From an uncultured virus (IMG/VR IMGVR_UViG_3300031134_000653) (Duplodnaviria > Heunggongvirae > Uroviricota > Caudoviricetes): a DNA stretch of 64,000 nucleotides. Where the stretch lies: IMG/VR virus record IMGVR_UViG_3300031134_000653, one strand, 5' to 3'. Below are positions 38,274 through 47,040 of this stretch, piece after piece; position 1 is the stretch's first letter, and each line of letters opens with the position of its first letter. A program made the translations under genes and the position numbers. The notes under the pieces are model-generated. The model worked only from the letters and a program-made list of their open reading frames with translations, was not told where the DNA came from and ran no database searches.

Positions 38274-38927
38274 ATGAATGAAGTAACAAGTGCCCTGTAT
38301 TCTTATCCCCGGACACCTCACCTTCCCGAAAGTCCCGGTTCGACTTCTGACGACAAGTGGGCATCGCCGGCGACTCTGGAGTTCCTGGATTCAGGAATTG
38401 AGCTGGTGACCACCATCAAGATGGACGGTGGAAACGTTAGCCTTTACCCTGACTACTTCCATGCACGTAGCCTTGACTCTGGAACACACGCTTGGGACAC
38501 CCTTGCTAAGCAGATTTGGAGTCGAGTTCGTTTCGACATTCCAGAAGGTTACCGAGTGAGCTGCGAAAGCATGTACGCTCGCCGCAGTGTGGCATATGAG
38601 AACCTGAAAAGCCCTCTCTACGTCATTGGCATCTGGAATGACAACAACGAGATGATTTCCTGGGATGAGACAGAAGAGTGGGCTGACCTGCTTGAACTGC
38701 CTACTGTCCCTGTCATCTACCGTGGTACCAGCCTGAAAGACGCTCGAACTGTTTGGGAAAAGAACTACGACTCTGAGACTTCCGAAGGTTTCGTTGTTCG
38801 AAATGCAGCTGCCATTCCTTACGAAAACTTCAACCATAACATTGCTAAGTATGTCCGAGCCAACCATGTCACCACGCGTGCTGACTGGCGTCACCGCGAT
38901 GACTTCGCATTAAATACTTTTGAATAA
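38274..38927 (+). CDS. RNA ligase family protein
   Basis: YPRTPHLP.SPG..SDD, K(M)DG.N motif I, HARS, E.MYAR.S..Y, EGFVVR, AKYVR..H. Confidence 0.88.
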   Translation: MNEVTSALYSYPRTPHLPESPGSTSDDKWASPATLEFLDSGIELVTTIKMDGGNVSLYPDYFHARSLDSGTHAWDTLAKQIWSRVRFDIPEGYRVSCESMYARRSVAYENLKSPLYVIGIWNDNNEMISWDETEEWADLLELPTVPVIYRGTSLKDARTVWEKNYDSETSEGFVVRNAAAIPYENFNHNIAKYVRANHVTTRADWRHRDDFALNTFE

Positions 38928-38966
38928 AAATAATTGTGATACTCTTTTACCACCTATCCAATTAAG

Positions 38967-39926
38967 GTGTATATGTGTACTCAAAATGACTCTCAAGAAT
39001 TAGATAATTTTTTTTCCTACGATTACATGGGAGTGTACGCTAAACTTTTTGAGACTTTGCCTGATTTGGATACAAATTTGATTTGGGAAGCAGATGGTTT
39101 CAAAATTCTAAAGAAGCTTTACTATAGCAAAGCTTCTTTAGGCCACGAGAATAATCAACACTGGTACCCAAAGTTCTTAATTCGAAATTTCAATAAAGAT
39201 TTAAATAGAGAAGTCTATTTGGATAATACAGGACTACATCGAAGACCCCTGAAAATTTCAAAACCCTATGATTTTTTATATTCAGCGAAAAACCAGTGGT
39301 CAGCCCAAGTCGAAGGTATTTTTACTGGGGTGGAGGGACTGCTTGCCAATCGGTTTGCTCAGTATAATGTTGGGAAAAATCCTCATTTGTTAGGTGTTCA
39401 TTTAAATGTTTCTGAGGCTTCTAGACTGACTTTTGCTTTGTTGGCAGTAATTAACATTCTTAGAACTCCTAGCATTATAAAAAATTTAGGCTCGGAAGTC
39501 CCTAACAATAATGTAACGTCATATGATGCAGTATTTTTAGACCCCGGCAATGTTGATTACATAATACAAACGGCAATTTTTTTAGCAGGAGGAACTTGGG
39601 AAGTTCACACTTCACCCAATCTAGAACTACTCTTGGGAGAAGAAGCAGTTAAACTTGTACATCAACAACAAGGTATTACAAAATATAAGCATTTTACTAA
39701 TTCAGCAATATATCTACCCCTGACTTTTGATTCAATTTTGACAATTACGCCACCCAATTCAGATGGCAGCAAATGGAAAAGCATAAGAAATTATCATGGA
39801 AATTGGATGCCTGGACTAGATCCAAACGATTGTGTTTTACATACCTACAATTCACACACTCTTGGATATTGCAAGTATCATTTTACTCATAGTCAATCAA
39901 AAAATTTCATAACTGAATTACCTTGA
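38967..39926 (+). CDS. DUF4238-like protein in AT-rich island
   Basis: NQHWYPKFLIRNF, E..F...E, LRTP, YLPL motifs. Confidence 0.5.
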   Translation: MYMCTQNDSQELDNFFSYDYMGVYAKLFETLPDLDTNLIWEADGFKILKKLYYSKASLGHENNQHWYPKFLIRNFNKDLNREVYLDNTGLHRRPLKISKPYDFLYSAKNQWSAQVEGIFTGVEGLLANRFAQYNVGKNPHLLGVHLNVSEASRLTFALLAVINILRTPSIIKNLGSEVPNNNVTSYDAVFLDPGNVDYIIQTAIFLAGGTWEVHTSPNLELLLGEEAVKLVHQQQGITKYKHFTNSAIYLPLTFDSILTITPPNSDGSKWKSIRNYHGNWMPGLDPNDCVLHTYNSHTLGYCKYHFTHSQSKNFITELP

Positions 39927-39964
39927 TATCCTTCAATATGCCAGGTTAAACAGATAAAAAAATC

Positions 39965-41203
39965 ATGACTGATGTGATAGAAAGATATCTGATAGTAAAT
40001 GAACGAGAAAGAAGGCATTTTCTTACCACTCATAAACAAGCTTGGAAAGCTTTAGCTACAGAACTTAGTGAACCAATTGGAAATTATGAATTATTGCCTA
40101 TGGATATTGAAGTTCCTACTGATAGAGAGGGTCAAACTAATCGAATTTTGACTTTTACGTACTTGTATTACATTAATTTGTGCTTAGACCAAGCTATCAA
40201 AAAAGCGGAAAAATCCAGAACTGTACGGCAACATACTGTTCCTAACTTTCGAAACAGACTTTTTTCCCAAGAACTACCAGAAGATTTAGTCATCAATCTT
40301 TATAATGGAGAGTTTGAGATTTTTCCTAAAGGTATGCCAGTCTCATTACAGGATTCGTCTGATCCAAGCGTATCTCCCATTGTAGTAGATAATAGCCTTA
40401 TATCTATTGTCAATAACATTTATGATTTTACGACAGACATAAAATTACCAAAAAAGACAGTAGAAGAATTTTTTTCAAGCATTGAGACATACGCCGGTCA
40501 AGTGTTCAAAAATATTCAGAACGGACAATTCTCGTTAAATCTTGTAGACCGAATTAAAATTTCGGTCTATGTTTTAGCCCAATATTTGCGGGTTACAATA
40601 CGCAAAAATTCATTTGACCAATCAGCTGAAGAAATATTTGCAACACTACAAGATGTCTTAGGCCCTGATGTTTATCCACCACGAATTCCAAACACGGGAA
40701 CTGATAATTTTGGTTATATTATATTAGAGTTATTCGATAGCTTAGACTTAATTTCTAACTTTTTCAGCAGGTCTTGGACCTGGGTAGAAATGCCAACAGG
40801 AACCTTGTTCACTTTGAGAGGACTGTCATATTTTGACAATGATTTGTCAATTTTATTCGGGGGAGGATTGCATAATACAAAACAACTAATATTGCCAGTT
40901 CATCCAAATTTGGTTCTAACTATGGAACAAAGTAATTTAGGTACACCAGATAAACGAATAGTAGCAACTTCCGAGTTAGAAAAGTTTATTAATATGATGA
41001 TAGTACTTTCTGCTGGATGTGAAGCAGAAACAAATTCTCTATATTATAGACCAGATCATTCACCCATTGAGAACAAAACGTTGTGGACTCCTTATTTAAG
41101 AGACGCATATTACTACGGACTTGATTATGCAATAATAGCCAATCCGAAACAAAGATTTGCAAATCAAGTATTTGAAGTACCTAGTTTCTTTCATAAGTCG
41201 TAA
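39965..41203 (+). CDS. DUF4238-like protein in AT-rich island
   Basis: RQHTVPNF...F, N.YD, VE.FF..IE, QYLR, LPVHP.LVL, IN. Confidence 0.55.
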   Translation: MTDVIERYLIVNERERRHFLTTHKQAWKALATELSEPIGNYELLPMDIEVPTDREGQTNRILTFTYLYYINLCLDQAIKKAEKSRTVRQHTVPNFRNRLFSQELPEDLVINLYNGEFEIFPKGMPVSLQDSSDPSVSPIVVDNSLISIVNNIYDFTTDIKLPKKTVEEFFSSIETYAGQVFKNIQNGQFSLNLVDRIKISVYVLAQYLRVTIRKNSFDQSAEEIFATLQDVLGPDVYPPRIPNTGTDNFGYIILELFDSLDLISNFFSRSWTWVEMPTGTLFTLRGLSYFDNDLSILFGGGLHNTKQLILPVHPNLVLTMEQSNLGTPDKRIVATSELEKFINMMIVLSAGCEAETNSLYYRPDHSPIENKTLWTPYLRDAYYYGLDYAIIANPKQRFANQVFEVPSFFHKS

Positions 41204-41742
41204 GCAACAAGCTTACCTGTACTGTCATAACCGACTTGGGCACTGTCCACATAGCCTACCCAGTCAGGAAGTTCCGAGTACTTCGCTGAAGTTGTTCGAA
41301 CTTTCTCCATGACAAGAACATCCACTCCGTCAATTTTATCCCAGCTGTTAGTGGCAACTGGGATAAAAGAGTCTTCTTCTTGACCTGCACGGTATTCGTA
41401 ACCGTTTGCAAGTTCACCTTCATCAGTGAAAGGGACTTTGAGTACGTTTCCGTCTTTCAAGTCAAACACTGCACGAGTTCGACCAATTTTCGGTGTCCCG
41501 TATGTGTCAACCATCTTTTTCATGAGAGCGCGAACTTTTGCTGTGTAATCTCCCCAGTCGCATCTGCTGAGGTTATCTTCGATGTATGCTAATCGAATTT
41601 CACGAGTTTTTTGTTTCTGTTCTTGTTCTTCTCGTATCCGTAAATACTCATCAGCGTTAGAGGTCACAGGGCTGGAAGAAGGTGTTCCATGAGTGCGGCA
41701 GCGAGCAGGTTCTTTAGCTCGGCATCTCACTTTGGTTGTCAT
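41191..41742 (-). CDS. Cys/His-tag protein with minimal kinase-like domain
   Basis: RCRAKEPARCRTHG tag; IGRTRAVF....VLKVP....G..AN..E, LVMEKV, D..QVG......VAYD. Confidence 0.6.
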   Translation of the reverse strand: MTTKVRCRAKEPARCRTHGTPSSSPVTSNADEYLRIREEQEQKQKTREIRLAYIEDNLSRCDWGDYTAKVRALMKKMVDTYGTPKIGRTRAVFDLKDGNVLKVPFTDEGELANGYEYRAGQEEDSFIPVATNSWDKIDGVDVLVMEKVRTTSAKYSELPDWVGYVDSAQVGYDSTGKLVAYDL

Positions 41743-41751
41743 GTGCTATTA

Positions 41752-42183
41752 CTAACGGTTTTGCTCAGCCCAGGTTGAGAGTGTTCCTTCACAGACTGCC
41801 ACAGCATGGTCGCCGCTGGCTGTGTTGTGGATGATGATGTCCTGATAGCTGATTTGACATTCAGCTTCACCGTTAGTGGATAGTGATTCGACTGTCATTT
41901 TCACTTTGTCCCCTGCAGCTCCACTGGTTGTCTTTGTCCACGGAACAAGGCTGTCTGTTCCAGGTTCACCTGTCTGGTCTGTTGAGGTGGGTGTGATGGT
42001 CACTTTGACATCATCAGCACCATCACCAGTCGTTCCGTCAGCTCGGTAGATTAGACCTTGGACTGTTTCGCTGTTCTGGTAAATCTCTTGACCTGGTTTG
42101 GATTCTCCTGCACAGCCAGCTAAGAAAACGGTGGCCAGTAATGGAATTGACACAATCATTGTGCGTTTAAAAAAGTTCTGCAT
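41752..42183 (-). CDS. lipoprotein, MmpS-like
   Basis: Lipobox LAGC; VPW.KT, C.I...., A.C pattern. Confidence 0.65.
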   Translation of the reverse strand: MQNFFKRTMIVSIPLLATVFLAGCAGESKPGQEIYQNSETVQGLIYRADGTTGDGADDVKVTITPTSTDQTGEPGTDSLVPWTKTTSGAAGDKVKMTVESLSTNGEAECQISYQDIIIHNTASGDHAVAVCEGTLSTWAEQNR

Positions 42184-42229
42184 GGTTACCAGTTTATCGG
42201 TAACCATGCAGAACTTCAGTTTTTGCTGT

Positions 42230-42694
42230 TTAACGGTTTTCTTGTTCCGCAAGTACAGCTACGTCGTTACGGAAGAGGACCACACGGTCATGACTGATGT
42301 GAATCATGTCACCTTCTTCGAGGGTTGGCTGGATTGAACGGTAGAGGAACTCGAACATGAGTGTAATGCCCAGATTATCTACATCGATGTTACGTTTTTC
42401 CACTACAGTGTTGTAGGCAATTTGCACGTCTTTGATGAAATCAATTGCTTCTTGACCGTCGTACTGGAGCTCGTAATAATCTGGCTGGTACGCACGATCA
42501 CTTGGGTCGTGGAAGAGAATGCCGCGAGGTTCAGGACCTTCTACGTTTTCGTCAACTACCATGTTGTTGAGTAGTTTTACACTGGTGCGTAAGTCACGGA
42601 AACGTTTGGCTTTCATTACTTCGCCTTGCTCAATTTCTTCTTCCGCTTTGACACGGGCAAGGTAGATTTCACGCTCTTCTGATGACTTCCACAT
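42230..42694 (-). CDS. hypothetical protein
   Basis: 154 aa ORF with a structured leader. Confidence 0.7.
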   Translation of the reverse strand: MWKSSEEREIYLARVKAEEEIEQGEVMKAKRFRDLRTSVKLLNNMVVDENVEGPEPRGILFHDPSDRAYQPDYYELQYDGQEAIDFIKDVQIAYNTVVEKRNIDVDNLGITLMFEFLYRSIQPTLEEGDMIHISHDRVVLFRNDVAVLAEQENR

Positions 42695-42855
42695 GGGGGT
42701 TCGCTTTCATATAGTTAGATACTGTAACAATCGGCGGTTATCGCCTGATTAGTGCATCTAATGCAGATGATTCACAGTAAAGTTCGGGTTGTGTCATATC
42801 GCTAACAAGATGAAAATACTATGAGTGGTTTTCATGTGCAAGATATGGTAGAATT

Positions 42856-43095
42856 ATGGCACTTATACAGAAAGATGTGGAACTGCTCATGGCGGATGCT
42901 GCGGAAAGAACTGAACCCACTGTGTCATCTGACACAAATTCTGACAACCCTGTTGTTACTGCTATCCAGCAGGTCAAAGAAGACATTGCTAATGGTCGTG
43001 TTGCACAGATAGAAATCAACCAGAACACCACTCGTCCGATTGACGAGTTGGACAAAGATTTCATGCAGTACGCTGCTGAAAGATGGGATGACTAA
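42856..43095 (+). CDS. small acidic protein ending AERWDD
   Basis: C-terminus shared with the 43949 ORF; start may be 42889. Confidence 0.7.
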   Translation: MALIQKDVELLMADAAERTEPTVSSDTNSDNPVVTAIQQVKEDIANGRVAQIEINQNTTRPIDELDKDFMQYAAERWDD

Positions 43096-43256
43096 TGTCT
43101 GGAAAACACAACGCTAAAGATGCTGTTGAAGCTCAGAAGACTGAGAAAGTTACTTCTTTACGTACTTGGAAGGAAACGAAAGACACGTTCCAGAAAGTAT
43201 GCGATGTCAGCAGCTCTGAAAGCAAAGCTGGGGCAAGGCCGGAGGATGATGTCTGA
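43095..43256 (+). CDS. small hypothetical protein (53 aa)
   Basis: Hand-translated MSGKHNAK...PEDDV*; TAATG coupling to the previous gene. Confidence 0.6.
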   Translation: MSGKHNAKDAVEAQKTEKVTSLRTWKETKDTFQKVCDVSSSESKAGARPEDDV

Positions 43257-43515
43257 GTTCTGGAAACCTCGTTACGGGGCAGCCCGTAAAGTCGCCTGGC
43301 GCCGAGTCAAGCACCTGCTCATTTGTGTAGTAGCTATGGTAGTTAGCTTGAATGTCTTACAGGATGCACCTAAGTTTATTCTGGGAACTGTTCTTTTGGT
43401 CGGTCTTGGAGCTGTTGCTGTATTCTTTATCAGGTACCTCATGGCTGAAGCGGATGCATTTCAAGCTGCTATTTTAGATGAAGAGAAGAGTGTTACTCAT
43501 GACCACAAGCATTGA
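43246..43515 (+). CDS. small membrane protein
   Basis: Two TM segments; start 43246 or 43249. Confidence 0.65.
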   Translation: MMSEFWKPRYGAARKVAWRRVKHLLICVVAMVVSLNVLQDAPKFILGTVLLVGLGAVAVFFIRYLMAEADAFQAAILDEEKSVTHDHKH

Positions 43516-43705
43516 CCGTTTCAATGAAGACCAGCTGGTTCATTTTGTTGCCACTTACCGCTGGTCTGGTTCAGATTCTGACATGGACCTTCTATACCAG
43601 GTGATGGATAGCGACAATTTCAGCCATGAAGTTGATGAGCAGTTGACTGGGGCTTACCCTACATGGCGTCGTGATGTAGTTGCTTATGGGAAAGAGAACT
43701 CCTAA
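43499..43705 (+). CDS. small hypothetical protein
   Basis: MTTSIDRF...; lies within the operon. Confidence 0.65.
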   Translation: MTTSIDRFNEDQLVHFVATYRWSGSDSDMDLLYQVMDSDNFSHEVDEQLTGAYPTWRRDVVAYGKENS

Positions 43706-43734
43706 CTCTGGGTAGAGTTCAAAGGTGAAATTAT

Positions 43735-43941
43735 ATGATGTTAATGATGTGGATTGCGATTGCTGTTAGTGCTGTTGCTCTGGCTGGATGCGTATTTCTT
43801 TTGTTGACTGCAGCAACTCCGAAGAAGGTTGCGAAGTCACAACAAAAGGCTTTGGATTCTTCCCTTGCGTTAGAAAAAGCCCTTGAAGGGATTCATGGTA
43901 CTCTGAGAGAAGACTCTCCGCAGCAGAACCAGAAGATGTAA
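43735..43941 (+). CDS. small membrane-anchored protein
   Basis: N-terminal TM; AAGGTG SD. Confidence 0.65.
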   Translation: MMLMMWIAIAVSAVALAGCVFLLLTAATPKKVAKSQQKALDSSLALEKALEGIHGTLREDSPQQNQKM

Positions 43942-43948
43942 ACAAGAT

Positions 43949-44110
43949 ATGGATTACCAAAAAAGAGCGACTCCCATTTTTGATGCCTTACATAGGGATT
44001 ATCAGAATGAGAATCCGCATCATGCAATTGTCACGAGTGGTGATTTTCATCCAGTTGATGACAATGAAGAAGAATTTTTCAAATACCAAGCAGAACGATG
44101 GGATGATTAG
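43949..44110 (+). CDS. small acidic protein ending AERWDD (53 aa)
   Basis: Hand-translated MDYQKRATPIFD...PVDDNEEEFFKYQAERWDD*. Confidence 0.7.
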   Translation: MDYQKRATPIFDALHRDYQNENPHHAIVTSGDFHPVDDNEEEFFKYQAERWDD

Positions 44111-44111
44111 C

Positions 44112-44363
44112 ATGACTAATTTTGATAAGAACGCAGCCAAGGGTTTCCTGAAAGCTGTAGTGAACGAAGCTAAAGTACAGAAAGAAAAGCTGCCTGAGTA
44201 TACTCAGAAGGCTAAAGAAGTTGCTGCAGAGCAGAAGGCAAACCTTCCTGGTAACATCGAAAAGGCTAAAGTTGTTGCTGCTCAGCAGAAAGCAAACATG
44301 CCTGAGAATATCGACAAGGCGAAAACTGTTGCTGGCCAGATCAAGCGTGGTCTGTTCAAGTAA
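44112..44363 (+). CDS. small protein with three 18-aa amphipathic repeats
   Basis: QK..(L/M)P....KAK.VA repeated three times. Confidence 0.7.
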   Translation: MTNFDKNAAKGFLKAVVNEAKVQKEKLPEYTQKAKEVAAEQKANLPGNIEKAKVVAAQQKANMPENIDKAKTVAGQIKRGLFK

Positions 44364-44371
44364 AGTCGCAT

Positions 44372-44423
44372 AAAATAGGGAAGCCCTCCAAACCGTTAGA
44401 TGTTTGGAGGGCTTCCCTATTTT
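44372..44423. terminator. bidirectional terminator
   Basis: AAAATAGGGAAGCCCTCCAAAC / GTTTGGAGGGCTTCCCTATTTT. Confidence 0.85.
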
Positions 44424-44427
44424 GGGT

Positions 44428-45579
44428 TTAGCTTAGTACAAAGCTAAATGTTTGTGTACTTGTGTGAGCTGTGATGGTTGCACCCTTGAGGTGTTCCTGC
44501 ATCTGACTGTAGGTTTTGTAAGGAGCTTTGCCCTGGAAACCGAAGTAGTCCAAAGTGATTGACTTGATGATTTTGTCTTCGTTCAGCACAACCTTCATGC
44601 GGTCATTGTAGTTGACTCGGCTATTGTAGTCAGTTGGCTTCAAGTCTGATTTGTCTCCTACTTGGGTGTACACTGTACCATCAGTAGCAGTCATTGTGAT
44701 GCCTTTACCGTAACGGTCAAGGTAGAATTCTGATTCCCATTCACCAGCTTCGTTCTTGAAGAACATTTCACTGGAAAGGTCAGTGAACCCTGCAACCTGT
44801 TCAGCTGAAGGGTTTTCAACTACAGCGTTCATGGTCCAGTAAACTTCTTGGCGGTTCTGAGCTTTGATTGCGTCAATTTCAGCTCGTGTACCGTAAGCAC
44901 TACTGTTCATCTGGTTAAGTGGGTCCATGGAATATGTGGCGTTAGTAACAGAGCCTTCTGAAGCTCCGCCACCTACTGGACCGTAAGCGATGCTGTCATC
45001 AGGTTCAGCAGGCTGTCCGCCACCGTTGTCACCACCATCTCCAGGTGGGGCTGGCTCTGTTTTGGTGGGAGTTGCTCCGTATCGAGTGTCAACGGTAAAA
45101 ACGTTGCCGGAAGCGGAAGTTACGTAAGCAATATAGAATGGCTTGTTGTCGTCTTTGCCGGCGTAGATGTAAACTTTATCATCACCAAATTCTTTCAAGT
45201 CAAGCAAAGAACCAACGTCTTTACCTTTCAAAGGTGACTCCAGGTTCACAACTTCACCATCACCTGTTTGACCTTGAACATCTGCTTTAGGGTCGGCTAG
45301 TGCATCTTTGTTCGCATAAGAATCTTGGCCAGCTTCTGAAGCGAAACCACGGTAAGTGTTTTCTGCTGTTGCGATTGAGTCAAGCTGTTGTTTAGCGGCA
45401 TTGTCCTGAGACCAAGGAATTACTGCGAAGACTGTGGCTGCGATTACTCCACCAATCAAGCCAATGACGATGATACCTACCATGATTGAGGCAAGGTCGA
45501 TGGCACCGTTTTCGTTGACGAATACTTCACGAGACAACTTTCGTTGACGCATTTTGTTCGTGATGTCGTTTTTAGGCAT
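44428..45579 (-). CDS. type IV pilin-like protein (paralog of 11151, different C-terminus)
   Basis: Basic leader then ENG/AIDLASIMVGIIVIGLIGGVIAATVFAVIPWSQD.AAKQQLDS..TAEN. Confidence 0.65.
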   Translation of the reverse strand: MPKNDITNKMRQRKLSREVFVNENGAIDLASIMVGIIVIGLIGGVIAATVFAVIPWSQDNAAKQQLDSIATAENTYRGFASEAGQDSYANKDALADPKADVQGQTGDGEVVNLESPLKGKDVGSLLDLKEFGDDKVYIYAGKDDNKPFYIAYVTSASGNVFTVDTRYGATPTKTEPAPPGDGGDNGGGQPAEPDDSIAYGPVGGGASEGSVTNATYSMDPLNQMNSSAYGTRAEIDAIKAQNRQEVYWTMNAVVENPSAEQVAGFTDLSSEMFFKNEAGEWESEFYLDRYGKGITMTATDGTVYTQVGDKSDLKPTDYNSRVNYNDRMKVVLNEDKIIKSITLDYFGFQGKAPYKTYSQMQEHLKGATITAHTSTQTFSFVLS

Positions 45580-45732
45580 AAAGGTAGAGCTCTTTCTGAA
45601 GCGTTAGCGGAAGTGTTCTACGATTATCGGTAGTTCACCTGGTAAGCCATAAGACTGTCTAACTATTTTTAAACACAAAGCGGTGACATCCTTGCTATTA
45701 GCAGATGTCACCGCTTTATTTACAGCCAGAAA

Positions 45733-46146
45733 TTACTCGTCAAAATCTGTCATGATGTCAAGATTCAGGAACTGAGCCAGCTCTCGCAGAGGAACCAGCG
45801 AATCTTCATCAGGCACAGGACCACCCTCCTGTGCCATCACAATGATGGTGGTCTTCATTGAGGTTTCAGGAGCGAATACTTCGAACTGCTTAATGCCCAT
45901 CGTCGTGAGGTCAGCGAGAATAGCCAGTACAACCTCGACTGAAGCTTCCTTGTCTACACCAGGCTCGTTGGCTGTGACGTAACGTGTTGTCAGCTCACCC
46001 TGAGTACTCAGCGACGAAGCAGCCAGAGCGTTGTTAGCGAAGCCTCCGTCGTAGAACCCAGCTTTTGCTGACCAACCATATTTGCCGCTGCCAGCGTAAC
46101 CGTAAGTCACGACGATGCTGTTGAACCAGTAGCCTGAACCAATCAT
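45733..46146 (-). CDS. hypothetical protein
   Basis: GGAG SD. Confidence 0.7.
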   Translation of the reverse strand: MIGSGYWFNSIVVTYGYAGSGKYGWSAKAGFYDGGFANNALAASSLSTQGELTTRYVTANEPGVDKEASVEVVLAILADLTTMGIKQFEVFAPETSMKTTIIVMAQEGGPVPDEDSLVPLRELAQFLNLDIMTDFDE

Positions 46147-46204
46147 TTTCTCTCCAAAGATAGGGCGGATGATGGGTTCAGTCTATGGCATATTTTGCGT
46201 GTTG

Positions 46205-46612
46205 TCAATTAGTGTTTGACGGTTCAAAATCAAGAGATACACTGTTCATGCAGAACCTATCCCCAGTTGGTGTCTGATAAGCATCATCGAACAAATGCCC
46301 TAAATGCGAACCGCAAGTTGCACAGAGAACTTCTGTTCGCGTCATGAGCCAGGAACGGTCTGTTTTGAGTTCAACCGCTTCAGGAGCGATGGGTTCATAG
46401 AAAGAAGGCCAGCCTGAACCGGATTCAAATTTTGTTGTTGACTTGAACAAAGGAGCTTTGCAAGCTTTACAGTGGAAGACACCTTCGTTGTGTTCATCTA
46501 ACAAAATACCAGTCCATGGTCGTTCAGTGCCAGCTTTGCGAAGTACATCAAACTCTTCAGCTGTCAGTTCTTTTTTCCATTCTGATTCAGTCTTATCAAC
46601 TTTGTATGACAT
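46205..46612 (-). CDS. msrB: peptide-methionine (R)-S-oxide reductase
   Basis: W...LT.EE..VLR..GTERPWTG, CKAC..PLF.S.TKF.SG.GWPSF, R.EV.C..CGSHLGH.FDD, RFCMNS; GGAGG SD. Confidence 0.96.
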   Translation of the reverse strand: MSYKVDKTESEWKKELTAEEFDVLRKAGTERPWTGILLDEHNEGVFHCKACKAPLFKSTTKFESGSGWPSFYEPIAPEAVELKTDRSWLMTRTEVLCATCGSHLGHLFDDAYQTPTGDRFCMNSVSLDFEPSNTN

Positions 46613-46723
46613 TGTATAACCTCCATGGTTGTTTGTGTCATAGGTATAACAGTTGCACCCACTGAAAAGTTCCCTTAAACGACTTTGACCCTCCTCTATA
46701 TAGAGGAGGGTCAAAGTTTATTC

Positions 46724-46957
46724 TTAGTTCAAAGTTGTTTCACGGATGGTCAGCTCCTGTTTGGAAGGCTCAACTACTGCAGGCACAGAGAACAGCATCT
46801 TGTCCATCAAAGTGGAGATGAGTTCCATGGGCACTGAAGTCCTTGAAACCTCCCGACGAGGAGAATCACCCTGGTACTCAACAATCTGAGCCCAACCGCT
46901 GTAATCAGAACGATGAATGATTTCGTATCGACCGTCGATGCTTTTGATGGTTTCCAT
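46724..46957 (-). CDS. small hypothetical protein
   Basis: 77 aa ORF before a terminator. Confidence 0.6.
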   Translation of the reverse strand: METIKSIDGRYEIIHRSDYSGWAQIVEYQGDSPRREVSRTSVPMELISTLMDKMLFSVPAVVEPSKQELTIRETTLN

Positions 46958-47040
46958 TTTACTTCTCAGGCTCCTTTGCCGTGTTGAGTAATCTCTATCG
47001 GTTTAACCCGTTAGTTGATGCAATGTCAGCGTCTTTGCTG

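Noticed and set aside
42745..42775. Hammerhead ribozyme (CTGATTAG-stem)
   Set aside because: It lacks the CUGAnGA and GAAA core in the proper arrangement.
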